This document shows positions 61,522-64,000 of a stretch of 64,000 nt of DNA, piece by piece. A model generated the notes under the pieces. That model searched no databases and was not told the DNA's origin. It saw nothing but the letters and a program-made list of their open reading frames with translations. The DNA is taken from the NCBI GenBank assembly GCA_036516115.1, contig DATBUL010000013.1, positions 6,335-70,334 of the forward strand, in the 5' to 3' direction. The DNA is from Enteractinococcus sp. (GTDB lineage: Bacteria; Actinomycetota; Actinomycetes; Actinomycetales; Micrococcaceae). The position numbers and the translations under genes are program-made. Each line of letters starts with the position of its first letter. The stretch's first letter is position 1.

Positions 61522-62042
61522 GGTTCCCCCAGTATGCGAAGACAACCCACGATGAAGTTTTACACGCGATTCAAGAGAATAACGCAACCTATGACGAGTT
61601 TGTGAAGCACGTTCGAGGGTTTGCTGAAGAATTTACCGGCGACGTGGATTGTGCTGTGGCGTACGGCTGGAAACTTCGATGCGTGCGACTGGAGGGCTTG
61701 CGGACCAGTAAGTTCGTCAATGACTCTACGTGGACGAAGCCTGATCGTGGTGGCGTGACTCGTCCGAAGAAAAGCAATCCACTGTATGAGCGGTTTTCCT
61801 GTCTCCGGCATGTAGCACCAACAATCCCTGGTCGGAATGATGGTCGAAACCAAGACAACCTCATCATGGGCAGCGGGTACTGGGGTGTTGGGGCACTGTT
61901 CATTCTTAACGGTGTCGCTTATTCAGGTTTCGGTTTCATGCCCACCAGTGAAGTCAAAGATGCCACCGAGTTTGGGTGGCAAGAGATAATGCCGTCCGAA
62001 TACGAAGACGCAGTAGAAGCATATAAGGAGCAAGCAGCGTGA
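61518..62042 (+). CDS. Phage hypothetical protein
   Basis: 174 aa, 4-bp overlaps on both sides. Confidence 0.75.
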   Translation: MRFPQYAKTTHDEVLHAIQENNATYDEFVKHVRGFAEEFTGDVDCAVAYGWKLRCVRLEGLRTSKFVNDSTWTKPDRGGVTRPKKSNPLYERFSCLRHVAPTIPGRNDGRNQDNLIMGSGYWGVGALFILNGVAYSGFGFMPTSEVKDATEFGWQEIMPSEYEDAVEAYKEQAA

Positions 62043-62407
62043 GTGTTGATTTCTGGTATGGGGTGCTGGCTCTACCTGCTGCCGCACTATTAGCTTTCGT
62101 CACGATATGGCTGGCTCTACGCATCTGGACGGGGCTACTCAAGCTAGCCGACCTCCTCCCCCGCAAGCTCAGAAAGCCTAAAGGAAGATATGGCGAATGG
62201 GCGGGTTTTCTCGAAGATGGCGATAACCGGCTAGAACATGTCGGCATCTTAGCCACTGCCGACAACCTCCACGTCTGGAATACGCCGGTCGGGGTTTTTA
62301 TGCGAGCAGGTGGGCGAATCGACTACACAATGGCACGCATGCTACGGGAAATGATGAAGGACAAGATCATGCAAGACGCAAAAGACGAAAGGGATCAAAA
62401 ATTATGA
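62039..62407 (+). CDS. Phage membrane protein
   Basis: N-terminal TM helix; GTGA and ATGA coupling. Confidence 0.7.
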   Translation: MSVDFWYGVLALPAAALLAFVTIWLALRIWTGLLKLADLLPRKLRKPKGRYGEWAGFLEDGDNRLEHVGILATADNLHVWNTPVGVFMRAGGRIDYTMARMLREMMKDKIMQDAKDERDQKL

Positions 62408-62553
62408 GTCAGCGTCCGCCTGGACCGATATGTAGCAACCCTGATTGTCCGTGTGCTATCCCGCCACCAGGTGGCCCGTGTGATGAATTCAAATACATGG
62501 ACAGCCAATGGTGCGGCGAATGCTTATGGGAGGAACACGACCATGAGCGGTAA
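62404..62553 (+). CDS. Cys/His-rich microprotein A (49 aa)
   Basis: Manual translation MSQRPPGPICSNPDCPCAIPPPGGPCDEFKYMDSQWCGECLWEEHDHER; ATGA overlap with the upstream gene. Confidence 0.75.
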   Translation: MSQRPPGPICSNPDCPCAIPPPGGPCDEFKYMDSQWCGECLWEEHDHER

Positions 62554-62719
62554 ACCAACTATCCGTGATTATGTGCGGGCGTATCGAGACGCGCAAGTGT
62601 TGGAGATCATCTGGCACTCATCGAAAGACGATCCTGGCATGTCCGAATACGAGGACACGTTCCAGCGCAGTATCCAACGAGCAAAAGACGAAGCTGCTCA
62701 GATAAGGGATGCGCTATGA
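62543..62719 (+). CDS. Phage hypothetical protein (58 aa)
   Basis: GGAGG RBS before ATG 62543 (MSGKPTIRDY...); ATGA overlap downstream. Confidence 0.7.
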   Translation: MSGKPTIRDYVRAYRDAQVLEIIWHSSKDDPGMSEYEDTFQRSIQRAKDEAAQIRDAL

Positions 62720-62883
62720 GGCGTCCTGTTGGCACGTTGTGCGGTCTGGCTGATTGTCCTTGTGCGTGGCCGTCTGAGAAAGTTTGTCCGGTGTTTCACC
62801 CGTACTCGAATTCCAGATGGTGTGGCATATGCGGATGGGATGAACATGACCATGAAAGATCATTCGACCCAAATATTGATTGA
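62716..62883 (+). CDS. Cys/His-rich microprotein B (55 aa)
   Basis: Manual translation MRRPVGTLCGLADCPCAWPSEKVCPVFHPYSNSRWCGICGWDEHDHERSFDPNID; paralog of A. Confidence 0.75.
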   Translation: MRRPVGTLCGLADCPCAWPSEKVCPVFHPYSNSRWCGICGWDEHDHERSFDPNID

Positions 62884-62890
62884 AATAAGT

Positions 62891-62918
62891 AAAGCCCGGT
62901 GCAGCAACACCGGGCTTT
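62891..62918 (+). terminator. Perfect 11-bp stem-loop before the antirepressor
   Basis: AAAGCCCGGTG-CAGCAA-CACCGGGCTTT. Confidence 0.6.
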
Positions 62919-62940
62919 GTCATTCCAGAAAGGAAAAACA

Positions 62941-63711
62941 TTGAGTAATAGCAGTCTACAACTATTCGAGTATTCAGGTCACCAAGTCCGAACCGTGCTG
63001 CTCAATGGTCAGCCTGGGTTCGTTGCAGCTGACCTTTGCAAAATCCTCGATATAAAGAATTCACGTGATGCCCTCGCGTCTTTAGACCTTGATGAAAAGG
63101 GTGTAGCTACTATCGACACCCCTGGTGGTCAACAGCAAATGCGAGTGGTCAATGAGCCGGGAATGTATTCGCTTGTACTGAGATCTAGGAAAAAGGAAGC
63201 GAAGAAGTTCAAACGGTGGGTCACTCACGAAGTGCTTCCACAGATTCGTGCAACCGGCTCATATTCAGCACCTAAGACACTTGAACAGCGTTCGCTTGAA
63301 GTCATTGGTGAACTCACTCAGGTCGTCCAGGATCAGCAACTCGAACTGGAGGAAGCCCGTCCGAAAGTTGCCGCCTGGGATTCGATTGTGTCGTCTGCCG
63401 GGTCGTGGTCTTATAACGACGCTGCGAAAGTCTTGTGTGAGGACGGTGAGATCGAGATTGGCGAGAAACGCCTGGTCCGGCAGCTGGTTGATTGGGGCTA
63501 CTTCTACCGTGACCACAAGGGTCGACCAAAGGTGTATCAGCCGTATATCAAGCAGGGTTTGTTCACAGTGAAGGCTCGCACCTACACCGATCAGGCGACG
63601 GGTGAGGTCAAGGAGTCATCAGCACCACAGGTGCGTATCACAGGTAAAGGGTTAGGGGTCATACGCGACCGTCTACTTGCTAATAACGCCACCACAAAGG
63701 AGCTTTTCTAA
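62941..63711 (+). CDS. Phage antirepressor (BRO-N plus KilAC/ANT)
   Basis: FVAADLCKIL, VNEPGMYSLVLRSRK.EAKKFKRWVTHEVLPQIR.TGSY, ITGKG; TTG start behind AAGGA. Confidence 0.92.
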   Translation: MSNSSLQLFEYSGHQVRTVLLNGQPGFVAADLCKILDIKNSRDALASLDLDEKGVATIDTPGGQQQMRVVNEPGMYSLVLRSRKKEAKKFKRWVTHEVLPQIRATGSYSAPKTLEQRSLEVIGELTQVVQDQQLELEEARPKVAAWDSIVSSAGSWSYNDAAKVLCEDGEIEIGEKRLVRQLVDWGYFYRDHKGRPKVYQPYIKQGLFTVKARTYTDQATGEVKESSAPQVRITGKGLGVIRDRLLANNATTKELF

Positions 63712-64000
63712 TGCGTTTATACAAGTTTGAGATTACCCAGCTTCCTAAGACGATTATTGAGTCGCACCCTGGTGACGATATTTACTATCACACCGTGCAT
63801 TTGGCAGATCCTGTTCTACGCAAAGAGTGGGAAGGCACTGGTTTTAGTACCAAAGATTCGTATTACAACTTCTTCTTACCGTCCGAGAACAAGCTGTATC
63901 GTTCGCGCTCATCAGCTCGCGACAAGGTGAAGGCTGTTGAGCGTTGGGGTGGTAAGGCTCGCATCCTGGAAGCTGAGGTTTCCGAGTTTATCCCGGTTGA
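63711..64000 (+). CDS. Phage hypothetical protein, 5' part
   Basis: TAATG overlap; open frame MRLYKFEITQLPK...ILEAEVSEFIPV to the window edge. Confidence 0.7.
   Translation, partial: MRLYKFEITQLPKTIIESHPGDDIYYHTVHLADPVLRKEWEGTGFSTKDSYYNFFLPSENKLYRSRSSARDKVKAVERWGGKARILEAEVSEFIPV

Larger units (their letters stand above)
57568..64000. mobile_element. Prophage or phage-related island: lysogeny and early region (continues past the window)
   Basis: tRNA att site, ImmA, divergent repressor/cro, Rha, Xis-like HTH, BRO antirepressor, tightly coupled small ORFs. Confidence 0.92.

Noticed and set aside
62729-62944. ORF-track calls 62729-62944 (+) and 62714-62941 (-)
   Set aside because: The frame at 62716-62883 is better supported by translational coupling and paralogy.
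63727-63930. 67-aa + strand ORF
   Set aside because: It is an alternative frame; the coupled ORF starting at 63711 stays open to the edge.

Overview
Actinobacterial chromosome, probably Micrococcaceae (inferred from mycothiol-dependent mscR, DUF6504-dnaE2 and class Ib nrdHIEF). Bases 1-57.5 kb are mostly housekeeping and metabolic genes. These include the 5' part of thrS, DUF6504-dnaE2, an S9 peptidase, SRAP, the mscR operon, a CstR/CsoR-controlled persulfide cluster, nrdHIEF and DUF1846. They also include several ABC systems, putA-lysR-putP, a Crp/Fnr-HMA-P1B-ATPase cassette, hrpB, a PBP, an AlkZ-like protein and a decaying hydrolase module. At 57,568 a 23-bp tRNA-Ala 3' fragment (att site) marks the start of a prophage-like element that runs off the window. 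It carries immA, DUF3800, a repressor, cro, rha, xis-like and antirepressor genes, but no integrase at this end. The best candidate for an undescribed system is the DUF3800 gene directly behind the repressor. It faces a convergent, branched RNA structure (about 58,227-58,359) that has its own candidate promoter and U-tract and is preceded by six phased 10-bp repeats. Two paralogous Cys/His microproteins missing from the ORF track also lie in the early operon. All family calls are motif recognition by eye; no searches were run.
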